This document shows, piece by piece, positions 36,352 to 49,030 of a DNA stretch of 64,000 nt. Below the pieces are notes generated by a model. The model was given only the letters and a program-made list of their open reading frames with translations. It did no database searches and was not told where the DNA came from. The stretch spans positions 24,864,001-24,928,000 of the forward strand of contig NC_086109.1 of assembly GCF_963921235.1 (NCBI RefSeq). Direction: 5' to 3'. The stretch is from Mobula hypostoma (lineage: Eukaryota). Made by a program: the position numbers and the translations under genes. Each line of letters begins with the position of its first letter. Positions within the stretch are counted from its first letter, which is position 1.

Positions 36352-37660
36352 GAATAAGTCCGTCAGCATGGATTTACGAAGGGGAAATCATGCTTTACTA
36401 ATCTTCTGGAATTTTTTGAGAATGTGACTATGAAAATGGACTTGGGAAAGCCAGTGGATGTAGTGTACCTGGACTTTCAGAAAGCCTTTGATAAGGTCCC
36501 ACATAGGAGGTTAGTGTGCAAAATTAGGGCAAGTGGTATTGGGGGTAGGGTACTAACAAGGATAGAAAATTGGTTGGCAGACAGGAAACAAAGAATAGGG
36601 ATTAATGGGTCCTTTTCAGAATGGCACACAGTGACTAGTGGGGTACCGCAAGGCTCGGTGCTGGGACCGCAGCTATTTACAATACACATTAATGATTTAG
36701 ATGAAGGGATTAAAAGAAACATTAGCAAATTTGCAGATGACACAAAGCTGGATGGCAGTGTGAAATGTAAGGAGGATGTTATGAGAATGCAGGGTGACTT
36801 AGACAGGTTGGGTGAGGGGGCAGATACATGGCAGATGCAGTTTAATGTGGATAAATGTGAGGTTATCCACTTTGGTGGCAAGAACAGGAAGGCAGATTAC
36901 TACCTGAATAGTGTCAAGTTAGGAAAAGGGGAAGCACAACGAGATCTAGCTGTCCTTGTTCATCAGTCACTGAAAGTAAGCATGCAGGTACAGCAGGCAG
37001 TGAAGAAAGCTAATGGCATACTGGCCTTCATAACAAGAGGAATTGAGTATAGGAGCAAAGAGGTCCTTCTGCAGTTGTACAGGGCCCTGGTGAGACCACA
37101 CCTGGAACATTGTGTACATTTTTGGTCTCCAAATTTGAGAAAGGACATTCTAGCTATTGAGGGAGTGCAGCATAGGTTCACAATGTTAATTCCCGGGATG
37201 GCAGGACTGTCATATGTTGAAAGGTTGGAGCGACTGGGGTTGTATAGACTGGAATTTAGAAGGATGAGAAGGGATCTGATTGAAACATATAAGATTATTA
37301 GGGGATTGGACAAGCTAGAGGCAGGAAACATGTTCCTGATGTTGGGGGAGTCCAGAACCAGAGGCCACAGTTTAAGAATAAGGGTAGACCATTTAGAACG
37401 GAGTTGAGGAAAAACTTTTTCACACAGAGGGTTGTGGTTCTGTGGAATGCTCTGCCTCAGAAGGCAGTGGAGGCCAATTCTCTGGATTCTTTCAAAACAG
37501 AGTTAGATAGAGCTCTTAAAGACAGCGGAGTGAAGGGATATGGGGAGAAGGCAGGAAAAGGGTACTGATTGTGGATGATCAGCATGATCACAGTAAATGG
37601 TGGTGCTGACTCGAAGGGCTGAGTGGCCTACTCCTGCACCTATTGTCTATTGTCTATTGA
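36352..37660 (+). mobile_element. Relatively young 5'-truncated CR1 LINE
   Basis: QHGFTKGKSC, YLDFQKAFDKV, GVPQGSVLGP and KFADD RT motifs; (CTATTGT)n tail. Confidence 0.95.
36424..37407 (+). CDS. CR1 reverse transcriptase ORF2 fragment (327 aa; frameshifted near the C-terminus)
   Basis: Canonical non-LTR RT motifs; continuation FFTQRVV lies in another frame. Confidence 0.8.
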   Translation: MTMKMDLGKPVDVVYLDFQKAFDKVPHRRLVCKIRASGIGGRVLTRIENWLADRKQRIGINGSFSEWHTVTSGVPQGSVLGPQLFTIHINDLDEGIKRNISKFADDTKLDGSVKCKEDVMRMQGDLDRLGEGADTWQMQFNVDKCEVIHFGGKNRKADYYLNSVKLGKGEAQRDLAVLVHQSLKVSMQVQQAVKKANGILAFITRGIEYRSKEVLLQLYRALVRPHLEHCVHFWSPNLRKDILAIEGVQHRFTMLIPGMAGLSYVERLERLGLYRLEFRRMRRDLIETYKIIRGLDKLEAGNMFLMLGESRTRGHSLRIRVDHLERS

Positions 37661-38044
37661 TATTATCTGCCTAATATCAGTGGCTGCATGACCAGGACTT
37701 GTGATATGTACCAGCTGATCATACAACCATCTACCACCTGCTCCCATAGCTTCACGTAATCCCATTTGGAGGGTGGGGGGATAAGTAGGTGCTACACTTT
37801 GCCCAAGGAAGATCTACAGGTTAACGAAGGGAAGGAGCACCTCACACCTCCTTTGGTAGAGATGTATTTCCACCACTCCACCCAACGTCTACAACAGAGG
37901 TTAAGTTTAAAAGAGCTCCCCTAACTACATTACTCCAAATGCTAATATTAATGTTATTGCTATTATCTTTTTTAATTGTTCCCTAAGCTGGAGGCATTTT
38001 AAAACAAATTGTTTTTTTATTTAATTTCCTTATGATATTTTAAT

Positions 38045-38750
38045 TCAAATCATATCAAATCAAATTCAGGTTTAATTATCATTCAAACATACATGAGTAC
38101 AGGCAAACAAAACAGCTCTCCTCTGGGGCCAAGGTGCAAAACATACACAGCACATTCAAAATAGTGAGCAAAAAAATATAGACATACAAAAGAAAACATG
38201 TTTTGTCCAAGACCCTAAGCGACATGTCCCACAAATTGATTTTGCAGATTCCTGGCAGTGCACAGCCACTGCAATCCAGCTTGTTATTCCACCGATCGAA
38301 CACTGGAGGACAGCACCATTGGGAGAGGCCAGCCCCCAACCAAGCACAGACACCACACTACACCGCCTCCAGCGTCTCTCTCCTGGACTGTTGTAGCAGG
38401 CAAGCCCACGACTTGAGGCCTGGTCCTCACTACAACTGAGGTTGTGTCATCAAACAAGGAAACAGGCATGCAGCATTTTACATTATCAATGTCCAACAGG
38501 ATCTTGCGGTCACAAGAGGAATGTCCAAGCCAGTCACCCACAGTAACACTACACGCCATCTTCGTTCACCAACTCCGATGCCTTTGAGTAGCAGGCAGCT
38601 ACGAGGTCTATACCCAGGCCCGTTACTCTGACACTCCGACACTCTGCACACCCTGGTAGGCTCCTCTGATCATCGAGCAGCTCGCTTATGGGGTAGACCC
38701 AACGTACGCAAAGCTCTTGGCCTCCAGTATCATCTTGCAATTCTTTATTG
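38045..38750 (-). mobile_element. Non-autonomous retroelement with Rex1-type tail
   Basis: Tail seen as aatcaaattcaggtttaattatcatt; related to 9335-10310. Confidence 0.45.
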
Positions 38751-39087
38751 TTTAAATATTGTACAACTGGTTTTTTTTAAACATTATCCCAGTCATTCAA
38801 AAATTGTGAAAGGACTTTTTGAAGGCATGAGATGTCAAAAACTTTCAGAATGGTATGTGGACAGGGCCTTCACTTCCATCGCCTGTGACAAGGTCACTCC
38901 ACCCCAGAGAAGACTAGTAAGAGTGGGAGCTATGGAATGATGCAAGCTATAGGACACAATAACTAGTTCCTGGGCATCAAGGTAGGGACTGCTTCAAACG
39001 CAGTCTGGCTCATTAATATAAAGTAATGTAATCCACTGACCTGCACCTACACTTCCTCAGAAGGTCAGTTGTACTGGTCAATAGATC

Positions 39088-39091
<4 letters not shown>

Positions 39092-39128
<37 letters not shown>
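39092..39128. repeat. (TG)n microsatellite
   Basis: Perfect TG run. Confidence 0.98.
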
Positions 39129-39130
<2 letters not shown>

Positions 39131-40234
39131 TCCTTTGCATAAAGAAAAGAGGCTGGGTAAATAATATTGACTTAAAGCCAAAAACATAAACACCCTCAGC
39201 CAAAGGGCCTATTCCTTTGCTGTGTTGTTCTGTTCTAAACTCGAGCATGTCAGTGTTACCTCTGCTACATTCAAGGGTAAGTGCAGCAGCACAGTGAGAG
39301 GTCAAATGCACTTGCGTTTGATCTCCAGTTCAACCCCTACTATCTTTTGCCAAACGTGCAAGGAAGTCTGAGACAAGGAGCCAAGGAGCTATGAATGGCC
39401 AACAGCCAAGAGTTCCCCCTGGTATCGCAGCTGTCAGGTAGTTGATTTAGCCCAGTTAATCAGAAAGATTTGGCCTCAGCCAGGATCACATTTTTTTGTT
39501 ATAACTACCCTTAGAGTACCATTGAACAAGAAAACAAACAAAGCCTTTTAATAATGTTTCAATTGATGAACTATCATTTACACAAGCAAACATCATTTTT
39601 ATGGGGTTCATTGTCAGTTTCTCAGAGGAGCCCAACATAAGGTTTGCAATCTAACGTCAAAGAACCTGCTTTAGTGCCTTTGAAAATTGTAACTGAATAC
39701 AGAAAATGCTTGAACTTTTGCTCCTATTTTTCTGCCCTTGATATTTTACTGATCCAAGTATGTCAATTCCCAAGTTCCCTCAGATTTGCAACATTCCTGG
39801 TTTTTCACCATTTTGAAAGTGCAGCTCTAAAGTGAAGTGCCTACATTGATTACTAAAGATTTCTTTACCCATTCTTAACATTTGTTACTACTTCTTTTCA
39901 ACTCAGTGTTTCTATCTACAATGTTTTCAATGGTACCTATTATTGTGCAGTGAACAAATGGAGATGCTGATCTTTCTATCCCATGGCCTACCTACAAAGC
40001 AAATAGTTGCAGCCCCAACAAAAGACTCTTGTGGGATTGTATTAGTCATCTCAATTGTTGCCTAGTTTATGTTCTGATTCATTTCATTCAGCCAATTTCC
40101 AACTTGCATTTAGTTCCTTGAACTCTAATTTGAAGGCTGTCAGTCTCGTCATGAGGGATTGTATCACATACTTGTGGAAATCCAATAAACTGTATGGTTA
40201 GACAATATCGTGCCCTCTAATTCAACCATATGGT

Positions 40235-40780
40235 GTCATAGTCAGTCCAGAAACAGGCCCTTCAGTCAAAGCTGACCAAGCTATCCAGTTGACCTGGGTC
40301 CTTTTGCTTGCAATTGCCCCATTCCCCTCCTTTCCTGTCCAAATATCTTTTAGGCATTGTATTTTGACACTTCTCTACCACTTCTAATTTGATATAATCA
40401 CCCCCACTGTGTGTGGAAAAACTTGCCCCTCTGGTCCCTTTAATCTTGTCCCTCTTACGTTACACCTGTGCCCTCTAGTTTCTGATTTCCCAACCCTGTT
40501 TAAAAGACTGTGACCATTCACCTTATTGATGGCCTTCATGATTTTATATGTCTCTGCAAGGGCCACCCTTCACCCTCTTTCACTCCAGGGAAAACAGTCC
40601 CAACCTATCCAGCCAATCCTTGTAACTCAGGCCTTCCAATCTCAGCAACATCCTTCTGAATTTTTTCAGCATCCTAACTTAATCACATCACGGTGGCCGG
40701 ACAGCTTACAATACTCCAAGTGTTTTCTTACAAATGTCTTGTACAACTACAACATAATGTCACGACTCTTATACTGAAAT
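40235..40780 (-). mobile_element. Degraded CR1 3' fragment
   Basis: ETYKIMKAINKV...ETRGHRCNVRG in ORF 40384-40566. Confidence 0.7.
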
Positions 40781-41149
40781 CTTCAAATTCAGACAGGTTC
40801 ATTATTTTAACTGCCCTAAGTTTATCAGGATCACTCCTATCAACTGCTACTCCATCAATTACAAGTCCTAATAAATGGTGTGCATGATGTAACACTAGTC
40901 ATAATCTAACTATAGACGACTGTAACAATAGCAATGTCTTTAATGTGGTTAATGTACATACGTAAACCAATCCTTCATTAAGATTGTAACTTCTGGAGGA
41001 ACGTTGTATCATTTTTTAATGCATGCATTTCTAAATAACAATAAACGAGGACTGAGTGTCCTCATAATCTGATCTAATCTAAACTACGATGTAACTGTAA
41101 TTATAGTCTTAGGATAAGATTTAAGACTATAATGAACGGATTGGAAAAC

Positions 41150-41700
41150 CGTATAAAAGGTAGTGGATATGGCCCAGTCCATCACTGGGGTAAAGCCCTC
41201 CCCACCACTGCCCATATCGGCACGCAATGTTGTCACAGGAAAGCAGCATCCGTCATCAGGGATACCCGCCAGCCAGATCATGCTCTCTCTTGTTGCTGCC
41301 ATCAGGAAGAAGGTATGGGAGGCTCAGGACACCACCAGGTTCAGGGACAGTTACTACCCCTCAGCCATCAGGCTCTTGCACCAGAAGGGGTAACTTCACT
41401 CAACTTCACTTGCCCCATCACTGAACTGTTCCTACAACCTCACTTTCAAGAAATTTTCATCTCATGTTCTCAATATTTATCGCTTATTTGTGATTTTATA
41501 TTTTTTCTTTCTTTATGTATTTGCACAATATGCTGTCTTTTGCACACTGGTTTTCCACACTGTTGGTGCGGTCCTTCACTGATTCTGGTATGGTTATTGC
41601 ATTTGAGTATGCCCACAAGAAAATGAATCTCAACGTTGTACAGTGTATGGTAACATATATGTACTTTGATAATAAATTTACTTTGAACTTTGATCTTTGA
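41150..41700 (+). mobile_element. Rex1/Babar-like LINE 3' end
   Basis: LLPSGRRYG / TTRFRDSYYPSAIRLL; (TGAACTT)n-type tail. Confidence 0.8.
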
Positions 41701-41789
41701 TAATAGTGTAACCTTTCTGGGAAGGGTTCTTTGACCTCCCGGTCATTTGGCCCATCAACCCTATGGTGGTATTTATGTTCCTCACACAC

Positions 41790-42975
41790 TTACTCCTGTT
41801 TTTAAAACCTACTGATTCCCATGGCCATCTTGACTATACCTCTTCACCACCTGTCTCCTCTAAAAATGCTATTCCCTTTTCTCAGCTCCTTCATCTCCAC
41901 CTCATCTATTCTCAGGATGAGGCTTTCCTTTCCAGGACATCTGAGATGTCTTCTTTCTTCAAAGAACAGGGTTACCTTTCCTCCACCAATGATGTTGCTC
42001 TCACCTGCATCTCCTCCATTTCCTGGACGTCTGTGCTCACCCCATCTTCCCACCGCTTTAAAAGTGATAGAGTTCCTCTTATCCTTAACTACGACCCCAT
42101 GATCCTCTATATCCAACACTTCATTCTCCGTAACTTTCATCATCTCCAAAGGGATCCTACCACCAAATACATCTTTACCTCCCCCCTCCCTCAACTTTCT
42201 GCAGAGATCACTTCATTCATCGTTCCCTTGTCTATTTGTCCCTCCTCACTAATATCCCTCCTGGCGCTTATCCCTACAAGCGGCTAAAGTACTACACCTG
42301 ACTATTCACCCCCTCCCTCACCTCCATTCAGTCCTTCCAGATGAGGCAACACCTCAACTGCAAATCAGCTGGGGTCAGCTATTGTGTTCACTGCTCCCAA
42401 CGCGGCCTTCTCTACATTGATGAGACCTGCCATAAATTGGGAGGCTGCTTTATCAAGCACCTCGGCACCATCTGCCAAAAGGCAGAACTTCCCGTTGACC
42501 AAACAATTTAATTCCAATACCCATTCCTGTTTTGACATGTTGGTCCATGGCCTCCTCTTGTGCCAAGATTCTCAGGGTGTGGAGAAGCAACACCTTAGAT
42601 TCCACTTGGGTAGTCTCCAACCTGATTGCATGAATATTGATTTCTCTTTCCAGTTAAAAAAAATCCCTCCCCCTCGCCTCTTCATCTATTCCCCACTCTG
42701 GTCCCTAATCTCTTGTCACCTGCCTATCACTTCCCCCTGGGTCCTCTCCTCCTTCTACGGTCCACTGTCCTCTCCTATCAGATTCCTCCTTCTCCAGCCC
42801 TTTACCTTTCCTACCCACCTGGCTTCACCTGTACATTCTAGCTGTCATCCTTCCCTTCCCCCTTTCCTTTCCAGTCCTGAAGAAGGGTCTCAGCCCAAAA
42901 CGCTGACTGTTCGTTCACTTCCATAGATGCTGCCTGACCTGCCAGGTTCCTCCAGCATTGTGTATGTGTGTTGCT
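41790..42975 (+). mobile_element. Penelope-like element 3' portion (RT C-terminus, GIY-YIG, terminus), frameshifted
   Basis: KPTDSHGHLDYTSS..NAIPFSQ; SYCVHCSQRGLLYIDET (GIY-YIG); FHLGSLQPDCMNIDFS; decayed hammerhead at 42872-42909. Confidence 0.9.
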
Positions 42976-44002
42976 CCTGTTTCAATGACCTCTTCCCACA
43001 AATGTATTCTGTTACCTTTCCTTTCATGTATTCGCCAACTTCCCTTTAATGTCTCCATCCTCTCTGCTTCAAACCATTCCTTATGGCTGTGAGGTTTGCA
43101 TTCTCACCACACTCTGTGCAAGGAAACACCTCTAAAGGGTTTTTTTTATTTATTTCTTATTTTATCTGTTAGTGAACGTATTTGCAAAGTCTGGGAATCA
43201 AACCCAGACCAAATACTAGGAAGGCAGCTAACCCCAGCATGAGAGCAACATTACTGGCCTTGTGCTGTGGTGTGTTTTATTGGACTGACAGCTCAGCGTG
43301 GCAGGAGTAGCAACATTCTGAGAATGCTTTGACTCTCAACAAAGCTATTCCACTTTGTACCTTTCCGCACTTCTAAAACCTAAATTCAAAGTAGGACCAA
43401 TTTAAGCAGATAAGGTTAAGCTGATTGGAAACTCTAGGAGTGACAATGAATGTTTACATTGGAAAATCTCCCCTTCCACTCCCCTCTAAACCACCATTTA
43501 AAATGAAACAAAAGAGACAGACAAGGTCAGCAGGGGCAGACGGGGTGAAAGATGAAGGTTCAGTGAAAGGACATACAGTTGGAGGCACATATTAAACACT
43601 GTCAGGATTCTGTTTAGGTTTGCAAAAGCTTATTATTCTAGAAGGGCATCATCTCACAGCCAGAGGAATTCCAGTTTCATATTTTGTGTTTTGCTCCTCA
43701 CTAAACACTAACACTTAGGAAGTTTTACCACTGTGGTAGAAGTAAGCAACAGATAAGGTTTCAGAGCATCACAAAAACTACGAATCAAATGAGTCTCAAC
43801 TGTGTAGCAGTTAGAACCAAGCACAGATACGGATCAACAAATGTTCATAACTTTGGCCTGAGATATGGGGTGAGCGGGGCTTCAGTGGAAGATAAGTTGG
43901 GGGATTGTGGGATTGTGCATGTGCGTGTGTGAGTGTGAATGTGTTAGTGTGTGCGCACATGTGTGTTGTGCGTATGTGCGTGTTGTGCGCTTATCATTGT
44001 CG

Positions 44003-44488
44003 TAGAATCATAGAGCACTACAGCTGAGAAGCAGGCCCTTTGGCCCATCTAGTACATGCCAAGGTATTATTCTGCTTTGTCCCATCAACCCGCACGCAGA
44101 CCATAGCCCTCTTTACTCCATCCTTCCACGTACCTATCCAAATTTCTCTTAAATGCCAAAATCGAACCAGCATCCACCATCGCACAAATGTACATCAAAA
44201 CATTGAAACATACAATGAAATGCAACATTTACTCAATGGCCGATGGAGCCCGCGGATGTGCTGGGGCAGACCTATCGCCATTCTTTCGGCACCAACGTAG
44301 CATGCCCACCACGTACTAATCCTAACCCGTAAGTCTTTGGACTGTGGGAGGAAACTGGAGCACCTGGAGGAAACCCACCTGGTCACAGGGAGAACGTACA
44401 AACTCCTTTCAGACAGTGGTGGAAATGGAACCCAGATCGCTGGTGCTGTAAACCATTATGCTAACCACTACTCTACCGTGCTGCCACT
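44003..44488 (-). mobile_element. CR1 3' tail fragment (~44003-44180) plus HE1/V-SINE-like copy (~44182-44488)
   Basis: tagaatcatagagc CR1 tail; tgggaggaaactggagcacctggaggaaacccac SINE core with tRNA-like head. Confidence 0.75.
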
Positions 44489-45477
44489 TGTGCGTGCATG
44501 TGTGTTGGTGAGTGCAAAGAAGGGAATGAGGGGATGGAATGGATGGTTGAGGAAGAAGTTGGTGGCGCGACAAAGAGCAAGAATCTGGAGCTAGCTAAAG
44601 AGGGAGGGATAGGACTCTTTTAGGCAAGGTGAGTGTGTAATGAGCTCCTTAGGCCAGTGCAGGGAGTCAGAGAGCATTGGACTCCAAGGTTTTCAGAGCA
44701 CCTGAATTGGTTAATTGTTGTTTAATGGGAGTCGTTAATCGCTTAAATTTCCTTGACTTTTTTCTCGAGTGACTTTCTCTTTGTAATGTGGCCCCCTGGT
44801 GCTTTCTGATTAAACTTGTTAAGTTTATTTTGAGAGGCCTGGGGAGTCCATGTTATCTGAATTATTTAAGTGGATGCTCAATTAGCGCACTTCGCGGTGT
44901 CCTAGCTTTGAGAATGTTATATCTCGCGCTGTCACTCGGCAGAGCCACTGATGTTCTACTGGAATTTGTAGGAATAAACTCCGGTCAGCGTCTCTACACT
45001 GGAGTCAGTCTTTCCTCTGCACTCGGGTTCTGACATTGTCAGTGCACATCATAACGGAGTGAGAAAGTTACCTTGGAGCATGAAGATAGAGGGTCTTGGT
45101 TTGTGCTGCAGCAAGTCTGGAAGGTGGGAGGGGGAGACAGGGAGCCGGAGATCAAGGTGTTAGGCCTGCTTCTCTTTCTCTCCCTCTCTCCGGGAAGCAT
45201 AACTAAAATGATACACTGATTGAAATTGAACATTGGTGCTCAGGCAAAATAATCGGATGTTGCCAACTCATTTGGTTGATTGCTGAGCTCCTAAAGCTCC
45301 CTTCAGCATTCAGTCATGTGTTAACCCCAATCGTTGAGCTCCATCCATCTCTTGCTGTTGGACCAATGTAATACTATATCAGAGAGGCAGAAGACCTTTT
45401 GCAGCAGAGGTCACTGAGTGTTGGATCTAGAACTGATTCTATTGCTTCTGGTATTTGCCAAGACAGCTGCAGTTTAA

Positions 45478-46585
45478 CAAATAGAACGTAGAGCAGTATA
45501 TCATAAAGACAGGCCCTTCAGCCCACAATGTTGTTCCAAACGAATTAAAATAGTAATCAAATTGCCAACTAAACTAGTCCCGTGTGCCTACACAAGGTCC
45601 ATTCCTGTGCCTATCTAAACATCTCTTAAAAGTCCCTAATGTTAGATTAGATTATGAGGACATTCAGTCCTCGTTTATTGTCATTTAGAAATACGTGCAT
45701 GCATTAAGAAATGATACAATGTTCCTCCAGAGTGATATCACAAAAAAAACAAGGCAAACCAAAGACTAACACTGACAAGACCACATAATTATAACATATA
45801 GTTACAGCAGTGCAAAGCAATACCATAATTTGATAAAGAGCAGACCATGGGAACGGTTAAAAAAAGTCTCAAAGTTCCGATCGACTCCTGATAGTCCCCG
45901 ATAGCAGGCGGCAGAAGAGAGAAACTCTCTCTGCCATAAACCTCCAGGCGCCGACAACTGTCGATGCATTGGAAGCACCAGACTACAGCTGACTCTGAGT
46001 ACGTCCGAAAACTTCGAGCCTCTGACCAGCCCTCTGACACCGAGCACTGAGCACTATCTCTGCCGAGCACTTCGACCCCATTCCAGCCGCTGAGCAAGAA
46101 GCAAAGCTGAGGATTCGGGGCCTTCCCCTCCAGAGATTCTCGATCGCACAGTAACAGTGGCAGTAAAAAAGGCATTTCAGATGTTCCTCCGTTCTTTCAT
46201 GTCTGTCTCCTTCAAATCAGGATTGTGCACGGCACCCTACTTGACAGATTACAGATATCATTCACCGGAGTGGCCGTGCAAGCTGTGTCGCACCGCCATC
46301 TTCACCTCTTCAGGCAGCACATTCCAGACACCCATCACACCCTGTGTAAATAAATTTGCTCCTCACACCTCCTTTGAACTTACCCCCCCTCCAATTTAAA
46401 AGCATGCTCTCTTCTGTTAGACATCTCAACCCTGGGGAAAGGTACTATCTATCTACTCTATCTATGCCTCTCGGAATCTAATAAACCTCAATCAGATCTT
46501 TCCTCAACCTCCACCGCTCCAGAGAGAAAAAAGAACAAGTCGTCTAACCTCTCATTGTAGCGCATGACCTCTAGCCCAGGCAGTT
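45478..46585 (-). mobile_element. CR1 3' fragment interrupted by the 45641-46305 element
   Basis: CR1 tail at 45480; aggcagcacattccagaca...atcagatcttt resumes after the insertion. Confidence 0.7.
45641..46305 (-). mobile_element. Apparently full-length non-autonomous element with YY1-like 5' motif and (CTAAT)n tail
   Basis: Minus 5' end gaagatggcggtgcgac; tail seen as ttagattagattatgagg. Confidence 0.65.
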
Positions 46586-48105
46586 TAAGTTCCAATAGAG
46601 AGGCTAATTAGAAAATAATATTTCATAATGGGCCATTCAAGGGGAAGTTCATTCAGAATAGAACAGGAAAGTGGACACAGAAGTGTGGAGGAGTCTTGAC
46701 ATCATCAGAAACTGATATCAGAGAGAGTATTAACAGAAATGGAGAAGAGAGGGGGAGGAGGTACAGACACAGAGGTACAAAAAGTGTAGACATAAGAGGA
46801 GAGTTTATTATCAAATGGCAAACTTACTTTTGTACCATATCCCAGAATAGTCTTAGGAGGTTGGAAGAGCATTCCACAATTCCTTGAGCCAGGTGTGGAT
46901 CCAGAGAGGATTCAGACTAAAATTAGTCGAAGCTAAGTTTACTTGATGATGGAGATTAGAAACTTGTTGCAGGAGCTGGCCAGAAATGATAAATAGAGTA
47001 AGAGTGGTCAAAAGATTTGACCATTTCAGCAGACTAGAGAGGAGCTTTCCAGGTTATGATACTTCAATCAAACTGGATATTTAAACTATGGATGGCATTT
47101 CTTTTTGGTGGACTTCTCTGTGAGCTGATGTGGATACAATAAGGCACAGGCAAAGCAGAGCAGTAGGCCTTTTTGTGTTAGTTATTTTATAAATCCTTGT
47201 ACTGTACAATGATGTACTAGGTATCTTGCATTCCAACATAGTTACACAGTAAAACAGAGCTGGCCTAAATCAAAGAGGACGTTTCCTTATGTCAGCAAGA
47301 TTTATAACCACATCAGAGCAGCAGATCACTGTTTCTGCCAGTCTTTTATCCAATCAGAACACAGAGTCCATTCAGCTTCTGCTAGCCCTTTGAGGGAGCT
47401 GAAGATTTGATCCTATTCTCCCGCCCTTTCTCAATGCCTATGACATATGTGCATTAGAGTACTGAATCTCAAATCCACCCCACTCTGATCTTGATCACTT
47501 GCACGTGTGTGAGTGTTCAGACAGTATTTGGCATATTTATAATTCATTTTACAGGATTTGGCAAGATGGCGATGAGCCACATTCTTGAGATGATGAAGCT
47601 GATCTGGCTATGGTAACCACAATATTTTGGGTGCCTACTTTACATTGTAGCTATGTAACAATTATAGATTGAGCAATAACTGTGAGAGTGCCTGGAGCAA
47701 AATTGTAATTCACTTGCCCAAATCCTGAATGCAAAATGGAATTAAGGCCTTAGATTGGTGTAGCAACATGATGTCAGTTATAACATATTTGATCATTTGT
47801 GTATCATCGTGTTCATGTGCAGAGAATGGAAAGAACCTCAAGTCATCCATCCAGACACACCCTTTAATTTGTCCTATGAAGTATTCTGCACTGTCAACGT
47901 GTAAATCCACTGAAGACCAGGAATCCACAGGGGCCTATTTATTAACATACTGAAAGATTTTCAAGAAAGGTAGTGGGGCTCTTGTAAATACATGTTCACT
48001 CCGAATATCTGAGATAGGAAAGACGATGTAATTTCACAAAAGTTGCAATTGCCATTGATCACGTTTAGATTTCTAATAATAGAACTTTGTGGAATGACCC
48101 AAATA

Positions 48106-48378
48106 GGCACAGCAGTGTAGTAGTTAGCACAACGATTTATAGCACAGGTGACCCAGGTTCAATTCCCACTGCTGTCTGTAAGGAGTTGGTATATTCTCCC
48201 TGTGACTGTGTGGGTTTCCTCAGGGCGCTTCAGTTTTGTCCCACAATCCATAGGCATATCAGTTGATAGGTTAATTCCCTGTGATTAGGCAAGGTTTAAA
48301 TCGGAAGATTGCTGGGTGGTGTGGCTCAAAGGGCCAGAGGGCCTATTCCGTGCTGTATTTCAATAAATAAATGAATAA
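48106..48378 (+). mobile_element. tRNA-derived HE1/V-SINE-like copy
   Basis: A/B boxes (ggcacagcagtgtagtagttagc; ggttcaattccc), central core, (AAAT)n tail. Confidence 0.8.
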
Positions 48379-48539
48379 ATTTTACCTTGGGAATCAATTC
48401 AGTTTCCAGTCAGTCATACATTGTAAAACAAATCCAATATCATGATGTCCCATCCTGTGGCATGTCTCCAGGAAGTTCAGGGTCAGCAGTCACCCGAAGG
48501 GTGCACAAGAATTATGGAATTAGGGAAGGTTTCAGGGCC

Positions 48540-49030
48540 ATGTTGAGACATGTGGAAGCTTTAGACAGTGTGCAGAGGAGAGTTACCAGGACTGGAGAGC
48601 ATGTCCTATGAGGAGATGCTAGGTGAGCTTGGGCTGTTTTCTTTGGAGCGATGGAGGATAAGAGGTGACTTTGTGGAGATGTTAAGAGTATGTGAGGCAT
48701 AGACAACCAGTAACCTTTCCCCAGGATGGCAATGACCAATGCCAGAGGGCATTTATTTAAGTAGAACGGAGGAATGTCCAGGGGAGATGTCAGAGTTATG
48801 CTTTTTTTGACACAGCGAGTGGTATTTACCAGGAGTGCACTGATGATAGAGGTTGATACAACAAGGGAAATTAAAACCCTCCTAAGATAGGTGCCTGGAT
48901 GTAAGGAAAATGGAGGGTTATAGGCTGTATAGGAGGGAAGTTTTAGATTGATCATGGAGTAGGTTTAAGGGTAAGCACAACATTATGGGCTGAAGGGCCT
49001 GTACTGTGCTGAACTGTTCTCTGTACTATG
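48540..49030 (+). mobile_element. CR1 3' fragment
   Basis: VEALDSVQRRVTR and FLTQRVV motifs; CR1 tail. Confidence 0.75.

Larger units (their letters stand above)
36192..37885 (-). mobile_element. RTE-related SINE-like element split by the CR1 insertion
   Basis: 36192-36351 plus 37660-37885 together are collinear with 22072-22450. Confidence 0.65.

Noticed and set aside
36477..37331. Two long minus-strand ORFs
   Set aside because: Antisense shadows of the CR1 RT frame
48106..48180. tRNA gene
   Set aside because: A/B boxes belong to a SINE head continuing into SINE core and tail; same at 16112 and 55134
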